Below, one piece after another: positions 1-13,091 of a stretch of DNA of 60,847 nucleotides. The DNA comes from Chiloscyllium plagiosum. Taxonomy: Eukaryota. The translations under genes were made by a program, and so were the position numbers. Every line of letters starts with the position of its first letter. Within the stretch, counting starts at the first letter, position 1. Under the pieces are notes generated by a model, which saw only the letters and a program-made list of their open reading frames with translations, made no database searches and had not been told where the DNA came from. Location: assembly GCF_004010195.1 (NCBI RefSeq), contig NC_057755.1, positions 12,270,966-12,331,812 on the forward strand, given 5' to 3'.

Positions 1-722
1 AAGGAATGATTAGGGAGAGTCAGCATGATTTTGTGTGAGAGAAATTCCCTCTCTCAGACTTGATTGAGTTTTTTGATGAAATAACCAAGAAGATTGAGGG
101 CAGAGCAGTAGACATTGTTTATTTGGACTTTAGTAACACCTTTGACAAAGTTCCACTTGGTAAACTAATTAGTAAAGTTAGACCATATGGAATTCAGTGT
201 GAGCTTGCCAATGGGATACAAAATTGGCTTAACCGCAGCAGACAGAGTGATTGTGGAGAGTTGTTTTTTGGACTGAAGGCCTGTGACTAGCAGTGTTCCA
301 CAGGGATCAGTGCTGGATTCACTTTTGTCTGTCATTTTATATGATGATTTAGGTGAGAATATGGATGACGTGGTTAGTAAGTTTGCGGATGACACCATAA
401 TTGGTAGTTTCGTGGATAGTAAAGAAGATTATCAAAAGGTATGAAGAGATCTTGATCAGTTGGTTCAATGGGCTGAAGAGTGGCAGATGGAGTTTAATCT
501 GGATGATTGTGAGGTATTACATTTTGGTCAAACAGATAAGAATAGGATTTGTACAATTAAAAGTAGGGCCTTGAGTAGATAAACTGAATGACAGGTGTAT
601 TTTCCTTAGGGTGGGGAATTTCGAGACAAGGAGCATATTTTTAAAGTAGGAGAGAGCGATTTAAAAAGACCTGAGGGGCAGTTGGATTGAAGGGTCTTTT
701 TTTCGTGCTGTGTTTCTATGGC
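1..722 (+). mobile_element. CR1 LINE 3' fragment
   Basis: LIEFFDEITKKIEGRAVDIVYLDFS, SVPQGSVL, KFADDT motifs with stops and frameshifts. Confidence 0.9.
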
Positions 723-1320
723 TCCAACTGGTATTATGTTTACTCAGTTAAACACTACTAAATACTGTGGACTCTGGAAATTTGGAAGTAAAAGAATGCT
801 GGAAAGACTTAGTAGATCTGGCAACATCCCAGTCTTTCTCTCTCCATGGGCAATGAGTTGAACTTGACTCACGTATGGCTTTGAGGAGGAGTCATATTCA
901 ACTTGAAACCTTAACTCTGTTTCTCTGAACAGATGTATCCAGTCAAGAATTTCCAGCGCAATTTGCTCCCTTTCACCCCAAACCGGTGCTATTGTTGTCG
1001 CCATGACTCCTTTCCTCCATCCATCCATCCCCAACTTTCCTTTGGAAGTGCGAATTGAACTCGAGGCCTGTATACTGGCTATAATACACAGCTCACTCCC
1101 ACCACAGCAACAAGTGCAGACACGTTGGTGGAGTGGATAACCTGGGATTGGAACCCAGCAGCACAACATTGATATTTTAAAATAGAACAAAATGTTTCTT
1201 CTGTAGTGAAAGTTTAAATATCTGGGACAGGCTTCATGTCCTGCTGTTTAGCCTCATTTGAGGAAAAGTGATGTTTCTTTTCCAGAAATGTGTCTTAAGT
1301 TGGTGCAATGTTGTTCACAG

Positions 1321-1435
1321 GTCATGTTGATGATCTCTTTCCTTATTTCCTGAGACATGCCAAACAAGTGTTCCCAATGTTGGATTGTATGGAGGATCTG
1401 CGCAAGATCAGTGATCTGAGGTTACCGGCTAATTG
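1321..1435 (+). CDS. SUPV3L1: SUPV3L1 coding exon (human exon 4 equivalent); exons 1-3 not seen in window
   Basis: cacag| acceptor, |gtaag donor. Translates (G)[37 protein letters not shown](W), matching recalled human SUV3 [38 protein letters not shown]. Confidence 0.95.
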
Positions 1436-1948
1436 GTAAGATTATCCACTCAAATTCAATCCTTATCATTTTTTCAATAATTTCCTTCCACATAACCTTG
1501 TTTAACATGATTGTTAGAGTTTACGCTTTCAATCAGTAAGGTCAACAACAATAGAGTTCCCTACCATGTGTGAGAATGTATAGCAAGCAGTTTTGTACCA
1601 CAAATATGCAACGTAATTGCACCGAAAGAATATTGGTTATAAGATGCACAGTATTAAAGATACCATGCATTGTAACAAAGAGGCCATCTGTCACAGAGAC
1701 CTATCAAAGAGAATATTATTCAATTTCTGATCTCTCAACTCTGGCATCATGCTTTTCTTTTCAAGCCCTGCTCCCAAACAGAATTTTCTGGAGATTGTGT
1801 TTTTGAAGGATTTAATTGCCAGAGCCAACCACAATAACTCAATGCTGGCTCAATGAGATCAACCAACTCAGTTCAACAGGAAGACAATGGTGTGGTTAGA
1901 GTTCAGGTCATGTAGAGTTAGCACCATGAGACAAGTAATCCACAGGGA

Positions 1949-2156
1949 TGAAAGTGAGGACTGCAAAGGAGATTAGAGTCAAGAGTGTGGCGCTGGAAAA
2001 GCGCAGCAAGTCAGGCAGCATCCGAGGAGCAGGAGAATCGATATTTCGGGCAAAAGTCCGAATGTTCCTGATGAAGGGCTTTTGCCCGAAACATCGACTC
2101 TTCTGCTCCTCGGATGCTGCGTGACCTGCTGTGTTTTTACAGAACTACACTCTCGG
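1949..2156. mobile_element. Fold-back PLE terminal-repeat insertion (family A)
   Basis: Inverted arms; CTGATGAAGGGC..GCCCGAAAC at 2068-2092; 17-bp TSD caagtaatc(c/t)acaggga (1932-1948 / 2157-2173). Confidence 0.85.
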
Positions 2157-2794
2157 CAAGTAATCTACAGGGACCATGACATTTTAGCAGCTTTTGAAAG
2201 AATAAAAGCCAAACTCAGTAATGGTGACTGTGAAACTCATCAATTGTCATCAAACGTCCTTCCTTCCTTTAGGGAAGGAAGTATGTCATAACCTCATTGA
2301 CTCCAAAGGGCAATTAGACAATTACTTCCTTCCTAGTGCCAGTCACATCACGTGAAAGAATTCAAAAACTGTAACTTTCGGCAGTAATAGCCAGGATGAC
2401 TGAATTGTAAATTCATTTCAAAAGGAAATTGGTGGAAGCTTCAGGAAAATTGATTTTCCAGGCCAGCAGAAATGAGGGAAGTATGTGACTGACTGGACAC
2501 CTACTGTACACCTGAAGCTGATATGAACTTGGGCTGAATGGCTTCCTATAATGCTGATAGTTTTGTTCAGAATGAAAGTCACACCAGCTATACGCTGTCC
2601 TGGCAAAACCACCACCACCCCTGGTAACCTGATCCAGCTCAATATGGAGGAACAATTTGTGCCTGATGCCCGAATGTGTCTAAATATAATTTTTATGTTC
2701 AATTTCTTTATGCTGTTAACTGACTTCATGGATTTAGCAACAAGTAGGGAAGACTGGCAAAATTCAGCAGATCTGGCAGCATATGTGGAGAGAA

Positions 2795-3565
2795 AGAAGT
2801 TGAATCTTAGCAGGACTGATGCACTTAATGATAAGCTCCTAGGCAGTGTTGCTGAACAGAGAGACCTTGGAGTGCAGGTCCATAGTTCCTTGAAAGTGGA
2901 GTTGCAATAGACAGGATAGTGAAGAAGGCATTTGGTATGCTTTCCTTTATTAGACAGAACATTTGAGTGTAGGAGTTGGGAGATCATATTACGGCTGTAC
3001 ATGACCTGGGTTAGGCCAGTTTTGGAATATTGTGCGCAGTTCTAATCTCCTTCCTGTTGGAAGAATGTTGTGAAGCTTGAAAGGGTTCAGAAAAGATTTA
3101 CAAGGATGTTGGCAGGATTGGAGGATTTGAGCTATAGAGAGAGGTTGAATAGGCTGGGGCTGTTTTCCCTGTAGCATCAGAGACTGAGGAATGTCTTTAT
3201 AGAGGTTTATAAAGATCATAAGGGGCATGGATAGGATAAATAGACAATCTTTTCCCTGGGGTGGGGGAGTTCAGAACTAGATGACAGAGGTTTGGGGTGA
3301 GAGGGGAAAGATATAATAGAGACCTAAGGGGCAATTGTTTTATGCAGTGGATGGTACATATATGGAATAAGCTGCCAGAGGAAGTGGTGGAGGCTAGTAC
3401 AATTGCAACATTTAAAAGGCATCTAGATGGGTATATGACTAGGAAGGGTTTGGAGGGATACGGACCACGTGCAGGCAGGTGGGACTAGATTGGGTTTGGA
3501 TATCTGGTCGGCATGGACGAGTTGGACCAAAGGGTCTGTTTCCATGCTGTACATCTCTATGACTC
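2795..3565 (+). mobile_element. CR1 LINE 3' fragment
   Basis: EQRDLGVQVHSSLKV, WNKLPEEVVEA, CR1-type 3' tail. Confidence 0.9.
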
Positions 3566-3847
3566 AATGCTCTGAAGAAAAGTTACACCAAACTCAATGT
3601 TAAATGTTTGTGTCCACAAAAGCAGCTAGACCAGCAGAGTTTCTACATTTATTTCAGATTTCCAGTATTTTCATTATTTTGTTTTTATCCATGAATTCAG
3701 AATTGGGGAAGGTCAGTGAAACTTGGTGACTGACTGGATTTCTCCGGTTAGCTCTGCCCATGAGAGTAAGTGGTTTTTGTTCCTGTTTCTGTCTCTAAGC
3801 AATATATCTGGGATGGATTTCAATGAGGCCTGGTCCACAAGTAGAGT

Positions 3848-4028
3848 CACAAAGTGTGATGCTGGAAAAGCACAGTTGACATTTCGAGATAAGCTCTTCA
3901 TCAGGAACATGAGCTTATGCTCAAAACGTTGATTCTCCTGTTCCTTGGATGCTGCCTGACAGGATGTGCTTTTCCAGCACCACACTTTGTGACTCTGATA
4001 TCCAGCATCTGCAGTCCTCACTTTCTCC
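3848..4028. mobile_element. Fold-back PLE insertion (family A, decayed)
   Basis: Inverted arms; TSD-like cctggt(cc)acaagtagagt on both sides. Confidence 0.75.
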
Positions 4029-4779
4029 TGGTACAAGTAGAGTTGGCCAAGGGAGGTGCTATTTACCTTTTAGTGAAGATGCTGATCCAGATCCTGGAAC
4101 TTTTAAAATATTGTCAATGTTGGAACAGATAGAACAAATTAACATTTTTTAAAGAATGTTATGGGGTGTTGTATTTAGAATGTTGACTTTTTTTAAAAAC
4201 GTCTTTATTCTTTCATGGGATATTGGCATCACTGGCAAGGTCAGCATTTTTGATCATACCTAAGTGAGTGACTTGCAAGGTCATTTCAGAGGTCTGTTAA
4301 GAGCCAACCACATTGCTGTGGGTCTGATACTATATGTAGGCCAGACCGGATAAGGAAGGCAGATTTCATTCCCTAAAAGTTATCAGTGGATCAGATAGGT
4401 TTTACAGCAATCATGGTTTCATGATAGTTTCATCGTCACCATGACTGAAATTAGCTTTCAGCTTTTATTGATTTGTATTGAAATTCTGCCAGCTGCTTTG
4501 GTGAGATTTGAACCCTTGTCCCTCAAGCATTAGCCAGTGGGCCTCTGGATTACTCATGCAGTGAAATTATTTTACCACAATGATAACTGTGATAATGATA
4601 TTTATTAATATCTATTGCTTGCGATAACTAGCACTTATTTATTGTGACATGTTTGTAGTGATAAGGTTTCAATGTGTGCTTGTTGGTATTTTGTTGAATG
4701 GTACTCTGATTCTTGGTCGTGGGAAATATGCACATCTCTCATCTCAATGTTACTAATACTCAAGTATATTTACTCCAAG

Positions 4780-4948
4780 GTACCCTGAGGCTAGAGCAAT
4801 TCAGAGAAAGATCATCTTTCATGCTGGGCCAACGAACAGCGGAAAAACGCATCATGCCATTCAAAGCTTCTTGGCAGCCAAGTCTGGAGTCTATTGTGGT
4901 CCTTTGAAACTGCTTGCACATGAGATCTATCAAAAGAGCAATGATGCT
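4780..4948 (+). CDS. SUPV3L1: SUPV3L1 exon 5, Walker A / motif I
   Basis: ccaag| ... |gtcagt. [56 protein letters not shown]; phase matches the previous exon. Confidence 0.96.
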
Positions 4949-6991
4949 GTCAGTATGTTTGAAGAATTCTACATTGAAACTGTTTGCTGTACAGCTAAGA
5001 TTCTATGATTCTAAATTGATTGGATTGAGAATCTATTAAACATTCTATAGTCAATGTAGGTACCTTCAAATTTCAGTTAAGAAGGCTTTGAGGAGTCAGG
5101 AGGTGAGTTACTCACCACAGAATTCCAAACTTTCTGGCCTGCTCTTGTTGCCACTGTATTTGTACGGTTGCTGTAGTTCGCTTTCAAGATAACAGGGGAT
5201 TCAGTGATTATAATGCCATTCGACGTAATTTCCTAGAGGTGAGATGATTGACCACTCATAGCCACAACCACCTTCCTTTGTGCCAGGGATGACGTACTTT
5301 TGCTGTAATTACTTTATCTGCTCCAAGGTCTGTGCACAGAGGCTGATGTAGCAACAAGCTGATTGGCGTACACTGACCTTCTGAGCAGATGCGTGGCTAA
5401 GCAGCTCCAACTAGTAAGATTTCCCCAATTCCCCTTGACCCATTACTAGGGCTCGTTGATGCCACAGTCTGTCATAAGTTGTCTTGAGGTTAAGGGCAAT
5501 CATACTTGTCCCTTCTGTTCTCCTGTACAGATGACACTTAGTAGAACTGTCAGTGTCACCTCATGTGAGAGAAAACTGGGGTGCTAATTGGTCAAGTTGG
5601 ATTTGTTCTGCTTTTTGTGCACAGAACATATCTGGGCAATCTTCCACATTATTGTTAGGTGCCGTGTTGTAACTGTACAAGCACAGTTTGGGTAGGGTTG
5701 TGGCCAGTTGTAGAGCACAGACCTCCATATAGTTGCTTGAATATTGTCACGGCCCCAGGAAAAATCTGTGCTGTCAGCTCTTTCTTGCTACCACATGGAT
5801 TGAATCAAATTAGCTGAAGATTGACATCTGTGATGCTGGGAAACTTCAGAAAATGCCAGGATGGATCATCCACCCAGCACTTCTGGCTTCCCAAGTTATG
5901 TGAAATTTTACTATTTAACCATAAACCATATAAAAGTATTGCATACAAATATAACTCTGAATTTAAAATGGAGACTGCATGCTGATCAGCTTCCTCTGCT
6001 CTTGTTTCCCTGATGTTTATTTGGACGTTCTTCATTCGTAACCTTGTTCAAGGCTGGTGTATTTTCTGAGTGCTTTCTCTAACTCTGTGCCCACTGTCTT
6101 GTTTAAGTGATTTAAGTCCACCTGATCCAGTGCCTCAATAATCTGTAAGGAGTTATTATTCAGTATATGGAGGAGAGCACTTGCAGGAGTCGTCTAAAAT
6201 GGTTACATTTTCCTTTTTTTTTTTCTAAAACTAGAATTTCCAGTATCTGTTAGAATGAATGAACATAATCCCATATGGGATTGACCACGTAGATGATCTG
6301 ATGCTGTTTGCTGAGGTAGCTGGTGTTGAACTACCACAACATCTGGTAGTTCACAGTCCACTGTGTCCTTTACTCAGGAAGTGAGCAGCTTATATTCCTG
6401 CTGTGCATCCTTGTTGTGGGCATTGCTTGAGGTCAGCATCGAGCTCAGTTGTGAAATCTTGGTAATGGACCAGCCTATCCCTCTCACTGTCACATAACCA
6501 GTTATCAGTGACCATTTGGATGTTGTACAGTCTTCAAAGTACAAGACATTTTCTTTACAGTTTTAGGCAGAGAATCGAAAAGTGGCAAAGACTGAAGAAA
6601 TGAGATGTTTGAAAATGAGTAGGTCAAGTTCCAATATAGTCTTGAAAACTTTGCCCTTTTTGTGTATGCCAGTTCAGTATACTGGATATCGTCAGGGATG
6701 TGCCGAAGTCCAAAGATGTGCAGGTTAGTGGATTGGCCATGCTAAATTGCTGACAGTGTCCAGGGATATATAGGCTAGGTGGATTAGTCATGGGAAATGC
6801 AGGTTTACAGGGTTAGGATAGTAGGGTGGGGCTGGGTAGGATGCTCTAGTGTGGACTTAATTAGCCAAATGACCTGCTTCCACACTGTGGGGATTTTATG
6901 ATTCTGATTATGGAAGAGTAGAGGGCCCAGTTTTTAGATATGCAGCATAACTTTACAAGATATTTGATTATTTTGCTTTGGTTATTTGTAG

Positions 6992-7103
6992 GGTGTGCCA
7001 TGTGATTTGGTGACTGGGGAAGAGCGAAGTTTTGTGGATCCAGATGGGAGGCAATCAGCTCATGTTGCTTGTACAATTGAAATGTGCAGTGTAACTACAC
7101 CAT
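6992..7103 (+). CDS. SUPV3L1: SUPV3L1 exon 6
   Basis: tgtag| ... |gtatgt. [37 protein letters not shown]. Confidence 0.96.
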
Positions 7104-7834
7104 GTATGTGCACACCTCTTCCTGCTCTCTATTATTTGCATTTGTATAATGTCTTTTGTAACATTAATGTTCCAAATCTTCTTATAGCCAATGAAGCACT
7201 TTTGAAATTTTGTGCAGCAGCCTCTTTGCACACAACAAGATTGTGCTAATACCAATGTGATCGTAACCAGAAAATCTGTTTTAGAACTGGATAAAGAGGG
7301 CCTGAACAGATATGATATCTGAGAGTATTTGTTTGTCTGCTTCAACATAATAATTCTTCAGTAATGAAGTAAAGACAAAATACTGCTAATACTGGAAATC
7401 TGAAATAAAAGCAAAAAGTGCTGGAAATACTCAGCTGCTTTGGCATCATCCAGTGAGAGAGAAATAAAATTAACTCTTCATGTCAAAAATGACTCTTTTG
7501 AAAAGTTAGATGGCAAGTGAGAGCATGGGTGGGATTAGACTAGATGATCCACTTGATTCTGGAGTATTCCATGAGTCTCATAGTCAGCTTTTTCTGGTAA
7601 GAGAATGAGGCAATGAGAAAGAATAGTTTGGACGTAGGATAAAAGCAAACTACTGCAAATGCTGGAGATCGGAAATAAAAGCGGTGCTGGAGAAACTGGT
7701 GAGAGAAAAAGTTAAAGTTTCAAGTTCAATATACCTTTTCTGCTCGAACTTAAAACAAAGCTCTGTATCTTGTACTCATTACAAATGCTACCAGACGTGC
7801 TGGGTTTCTGTAACACTTTTTTATGTAGAAATTT

Positions 7835-8770
7835 AAGACGTAGGAGATGGAATGGACTGTTTGGCCTTTCAAGCCTGCTCCATCATTCAAGAAGATCTTG
7901 GCTGATCTGTTTGTGGTCTTAGCTCCATTTTCCTGTCTGCATCCCATTAATCCTTCAACTCGTCTAACAAAAATGTATCTAACTCAATCTTGAATAAGTA
8001 CCCAACCTCCACTTCCTTCTGTAGGAAAGAAAACCTGCACATTGACAACTCTGTGAAGAAAATAATTCTCTGATCACTGTCTTGAAAAAAAGGAAAACCT
8101 TGTTTTTAAACTGTGTCTCCTAGTTCTAGTCTCCCCCACTGGAGGAAGCATTCTCATTCAGTTCCCTCGAGCTTTGATATTTTTCAATAAAATCAACTCC
8201 TATTTCTCTAAACTCTAATTCGTATAGACCTAACCTGTTCAAACTTCATAGGTTAACCTTACATCCAAGGAATGAGGAGATGAAGGGCTTATGCCCAAAG
8301 GTTGATTCTCTTGCTCCTTGGATGCTGTCTGACCTGTTTTTCCAGTGCTACACTTGTCGATCCAAGGAATAAGTCGCATAGAATTTCTCTGAACTGCTTC
8401 TAAAGCAGTTATGTTTTTTTTTCAAATAAGGAGACCAAAATCATTCCAGTTTGTCCATTGCTTTGTACAGCTGTGGTAAAAGTTATCTGCTTTGATATTC
8501 ATTCCCCTTGGAATAAATGACCATTCCATTTGCTTTCATAATCACTAGCCGTATTTGCATGACAATATTGTGATTCATGAATTCCTAAATCCCACTTTAC
8601 CGTTGAATCCTGTATTCTCTCTTTATTTAAATAGAATGTTCTTAAATTTTCTGTTCTTCCAACCAAAATTGATAAGGTTACCCTCATTTTATTCCATTTC
8701 CTAATTCTTTGCCCACTCTCTTAATCTGTCCACGTCCTTTTGCTGACTGTCTATCTCCTCTTCAGATCTT
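7835..8770 (-). mobile_element. Old CR1 3' fragment
   Basis: Decayed RT C-terminus and 3' UTR on the minus strand. Confidence 0.75.
8274..8359 (+). mobile_element. Short PLE terminal-repeat insertion inside a CR1
   Basis: gatgaagggcttatgccc...; 11-bp TSD atccaaggaat (8263-8273 / 8360-8370). Confidence 0.75.
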
Positions 8771-9112
8771 ATTTTTCAACTTATGGTGGCAGCCTCGCCC
8801 CTCCCTTCCCATTGTAGGAATGCAGACATTTTTAGAATTCTCTTCCCCAGGAACCTGAAGGTTGGGTCATTAACTCTATTCAAGGCTGAGTTAGAGTTTT
8901 GATAAATAAGACAGTTAAAGGTTATGGGGTACACTGAGATGAGACCATGGCCAGATCAGCCTTGCTCTTGATGAATGGTGGAGCAGGCCTAATAGCCTAT
9001 TCTGTCTCCTAAATCTGACATTCTTGTTGGGGTGGGAGCTGTTAGTCACCGATTCATGCAGAATGGACAATAGGAGTGGGTGGGAATTCATGTTGTGCTC
9101 AATATTTTGCAG

Positions 9113-9190
9113 ATGAAATTGCTGTAATTGATGAAATCCAGATGATCAAAGATCCTTCCAGAGGCTGGGCCTGGACTAGGGCACTATTAG
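9113..9190 (+). CDS. SUPV3L1: SUPV3L1 exon 7, motif II (DEIQ)
   Basis: tgcag| ... |gtaaga. (Y)[25 protein letters not shown]. Confidence 0.96.
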
Positions 9191-9932
9191 GTAAGAGTAT
9201 CTGTTCATAATTCAGGTTACACTTCATCTGGATTTATTACAGAAGCCTATCAAATAACTTCAGCCTGAACTCTGTGTAATGGATTGGATTGGATTCTGCT
9301 GTTTGAAACCAGGGCAAGTATTTTCTGCTGGCCATACGTTTGTTATGCCAGTGCAGTTAGGAGATATGTGTCAGACCTTGTGGAATCCCTATTAAAGGAA
9401 TTGGAGGAAATTGAATTTTCTGTTGGACATTTCCTCTATGACTGGACTACATAGTCGTAATTCCTAGGATGGCAATTGGGGAAGGGTAATGGGAGGTGGG
9501 ATAACTATTGCTTTCCAACTCCCTCAAGGGGAAACAGTGGCCTAGTGATATTAGCAATAGACTATTAATCCAGAGACACAGGTAATGTCCAAGCATCTGA
9601 CCTCACTTCCTCGCTTTAGTAATTGTGCCACTTTTATGACCACCACTTTTCATATTGGTGTGATTCATTCATGAGGTATCAGTAGACACAGTTTAATGAT
9701 CTGAATCCTAGACGCAGAGACTGTACAGACGGAGTTTTACTCTGCATCTGAACCATACTGTAGGGGCTGACTCTGTTTGATGCGAACTATTTAGAGGGAG
9801 CTTTTATCTGTATCGATCAGCCTGCTGAAGGGGACAGTAATAGGGGCAATTAACTGTGTATTTAACTCTATACTGTACCTTCTCTAAAGAATGTTTTGTG
9901 CATTATTTCAATGTACCTTGCTTTCACTGCAG

Positions 9933-10024
9933 GACTTTGTGCAGAAGAAATCCATATCTGTGGTGAAGCTGCAGCTATTAACTTGGTGATGGAGTTGATG
10001 TTTGACACCGGAGAAGAGGTTGAG
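9933..10024 (+). CDS. SUPV3L1: SUPV3L1 exon 8
   Basis: tgcag| ... |gtgtgt. (G)[30 protein letters not shown]. Confidence 0.95.
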
Positions 10025-10574
10025 GTGTGTGTCCTATCTCTGGGGCAAAGGCCGTAGGGAGAAATATGGTTTGGCTTTAAAACATCAGGCAGTCTAGATG
10101 TTGAAAGCATTAAAACTGAATACTGAATCATTGTTAAATATGTAGCACTACTTCCAAGCATAGATACTGATAGCAACTTGTTCAATGAAGAGGATGTGCT
10201 TGGACCAGCACCAGAATACATAAAACAGATATCAGCCCGATGAAGATATAACACAGGTCTACTTTAATGTCAAATAGCAAAAGCAGCATCTGCTAGATAG
10301 CTAACCATTGCCATTTCCAACAGGTAAAATCTAACTGCAGCTCTGCCACATCCAGTCGTAAATGGTGCTGGACAATTAAACAATTCAGTGCAAGAATTGG
10401 CTTCACAAATATTCCCATTCCCAATTATGGAAAACATTAGTGCAAAAGATAAAGGTTGTGAAGTATTTGGAGCCATCTTCAGTCAGTAATACTTGGTAAA
10501 TAACCAATCTCATTTCCTTGTTAGGTCCCCAGCATCACAGATGCCTATCTTCAGTTAATTCAGTCAGTACTCCA

Positions 10575-11043
10575 CATAGAGTCATAGAGATGTACAACAT
10601 GGAAACAGACCCTTTTGTCCGACTTGTCCATGCCAATCAGATACCCAAAATTAATCTCATCCCATTTGCCAGCACTCTGTCCATATCCCTCTAAACCCTT
10701 CCTATTCATATACCCATCCAGATGGCTGTTTAAATGTTGTAATTGTACCAGCCTCCACCACTTCCTCTGGCAGCTCATCTGATACATGTACCACCCTCTG
10801 CATAAAAACATTGGCCCTTGTGTCCCTTTTAAATCTTTCCCCTCTTACCCTAAACCTATGCCCTCTAGTTCTGGACTCCCCCAAACCAGGGAAAAGACCT
10901 TGTCTATGCATGCCCCTCATGATTTTATAAGCCTCTATAAGGTCACCCCTCAGCCTTCTGGGAAAACAGCCCAGCCTATTCAGTCTGTCTGTATAGTTCA
11001 AATCCTTCAACCCTAGCAATATCCTTGTAAATCTTTCCTGAAC
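10575..11043 (-). mobile_element. CR1 3' fragment
   Basis: VQERFTR...RRLRGDLIEAYKIMRG...ELPEEVVEAG. Confidence 0.9.
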
Positions 11044-11044
11044 C

Positions 11045-12130
11045 ACAATGTAAAGAAATGTCTGAATGGATACTGTAAAGTCCCTGGCTCTTGACAATAT
11101 TACAGTAATAGTACTGAAGACTTGTGCTGCTAAACATGCCATGCCTTTAGACAGCTGTTCGAGGACAAATACGACATCAGTATCTACCTGACAATGTGGA
11201 AAATTGTACAGGTTATGTCCTGTACACAAAAAAGACGATAAATAGAACCTGACCAATTCTTGATTACACTCAGTCGTTGGCATCATGATAAAAGATGTCA
11301 TTGACAATGTTGTCAAGTAGTACTTAGTGGTAACCTGGTCACTGATGCTTGATTTAGTTTCTGGCAGGGCTATTTACCTCCAGACTTTACTACAGCCTAT
11401 ATGAGCAAAGGACTGGCCTCTAGAGATGAGGAGAAAGTAATGACCTTGACATCAAAATAACTTTTGACTGGTACTGATTCAAGCTGCTCAAGGAAATTGA
11501 AGTCCTTGGAAATCGGGGGACAGCTCTTCACCAGTACAAAGAAAGATGGTTATGGTTGTTTGAGGCTAATTAGCTCTGTGACAAAGACATCAGCAAAGAG
11601 GTTCTTCAGGATAGTGTCCGAGATCAACCATCTTCAGTTCCTTTGTTAATGACTTTCAGTCATTGTCAGGTTGAGATACTTGCTGATAGCTTACAGTTCA
11701 ACTCTATTTGGCACACCTTGAAGCAGTCTATGCTTGCTTGCATGACTGGTAACATCAAGATTTGTGTTAACAAGTGGCAAAACATATTTAATGCCACAGA
11801 AGTGCCAAGCAATGACCATCTTCAACAAGAGGGAATCTAGCCCTCATTCCTTGACATTCACAGGCACGACCATCACTGAATCACACCAATATCAACATTT
11901 TGACGGTTACCATTGACCAGAAACTGAATTGATACATCTGGTACAAATATTATATTGAATTGGTCAGCTGTTAAGAATTCTTTTGCAAGTAAGCCACCTC
12001 CTGTCACTGCAAAGCCACTGTCTATAGGATGCAAGTCAGCAGTCTGAATAATTTCCTCTTAACACATTTACAACATTTGAGTATTTTAACACCGTCCAGG
12101 GCGAGGTAGCATTTTTGATCAGAATCACCG
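11045..12130 (+). mobile_element. Second LINE family (CR1/L2 superclade), decayed; related pieces at about 5080-5900 (-), 23690-24050 (+), 46600-47410 (-), 48260-50100 (-)
   Basis: CPVHKK / ISLLSIISK / LDIKA-type RT motifs; shared gggcaataaa tail. Confidence 0.7.
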
Positions 12131-12404
12131 GACTGCTCTGCAGCAACAGTTCTATTCAGATCATAATTGTGAAAAGGTGCTGTAATGTCTTCTGTGTTCA
12201 AATTGCTTCACAGTATCAACCCCACTCCACTGTTGCAGTCTGGCCTTTGGGAAGTGCTCTGCAATGTTCTATATGTTTTTAAACTGATCCCATAACCAAA
12301 CTGAAAAGTGTGTGTTGAGTCTATGATTATTCACTGAAAACATTTTATTCCTGCAATGTATTGTAAATTCATACCAGCATAGTACATAGTAGGATACATG
12401 ACAT

Positions 12405-12725
12405 GGGCGATATGGTGGCTTAGTGGTTAGCACTGCTGCCTCACAGCGCCAGGGACCTGGGTTCAATTCCAGCCTCAGGCGACTATCTGTGTGGAATTTG
12501 CACATTCTCCATGTGTCTGCATGGGTTTCCTACAGTCTAAAGCTGTGCAGATTAGATGAATTGACAATGCTACATTGCCAATAGTGTTCAGGGATGTGGA
12601 GGCGAAATGCATTAGTCTGGAGAAATAGAGTAATAGGGTAGGGGAATTGGTCTGGGTGAGATGCATTTTGAAGGTCAGTATGGATTTGTTGGACCTAATG
12701 ACCTATTTCCACACCTTAGGGTAAT
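12405..12725 (+). mobile_element. HE1-like V-SINE (diverged)
   Basis: tRNA-like head, partial V-domain, CR1-like tail. Confidence 0.8.
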
Positions 12726-12910
12726 TCCCTCATCTATATAACATTTACTGTAGTAGTTTTGCTCAAAGTACACTTTTCCTGTTGTGAAATGGGTGTGGGG
12801 GTGGTGTGGTTGTTGGTTTATATTTTGCTATTATCTGCACCTTTTGCTTATGCAGTGTTTCTCCAAAAGACAGAATTTTCCTAGCTAACTAACAGCTTTC
12901 TGTTGAATAG

Positions 12911-13091
12911 GTTGTCAATTATGAGCGACTAACCCCCATGGCTGTTCTGAATACTGCACTGGAGTCACTGGATAACTTGCGCCCTGGTGATTGTATTGTA
13001 TGCTTCAGTAAAAGTGACATCTACTCACTGAGTCGTCAAATTGAGACTCGCGGACTGGAATGTGCAGTGATTTATGGCAGTCTTCCACCTG
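12911..13091 (+). CDS. SUPV3L1: SUPV3L1 exon 9
   Basis: aatag| ... |gtaaat. [60 protein letters not shown]. Confidence 0.96.

Noticed and set aside
2418..3002. 194-aa and 119-aa overlapping ORFs
   Set aside because: Chimeras of intron sequence and CR1 RT; no coherent protein.
9868..10254. 128-aa minus-strand ORF
   Set aside because: Antisense shadow of SUPV3L1 exon 8; no recognisable protein or exon structure.
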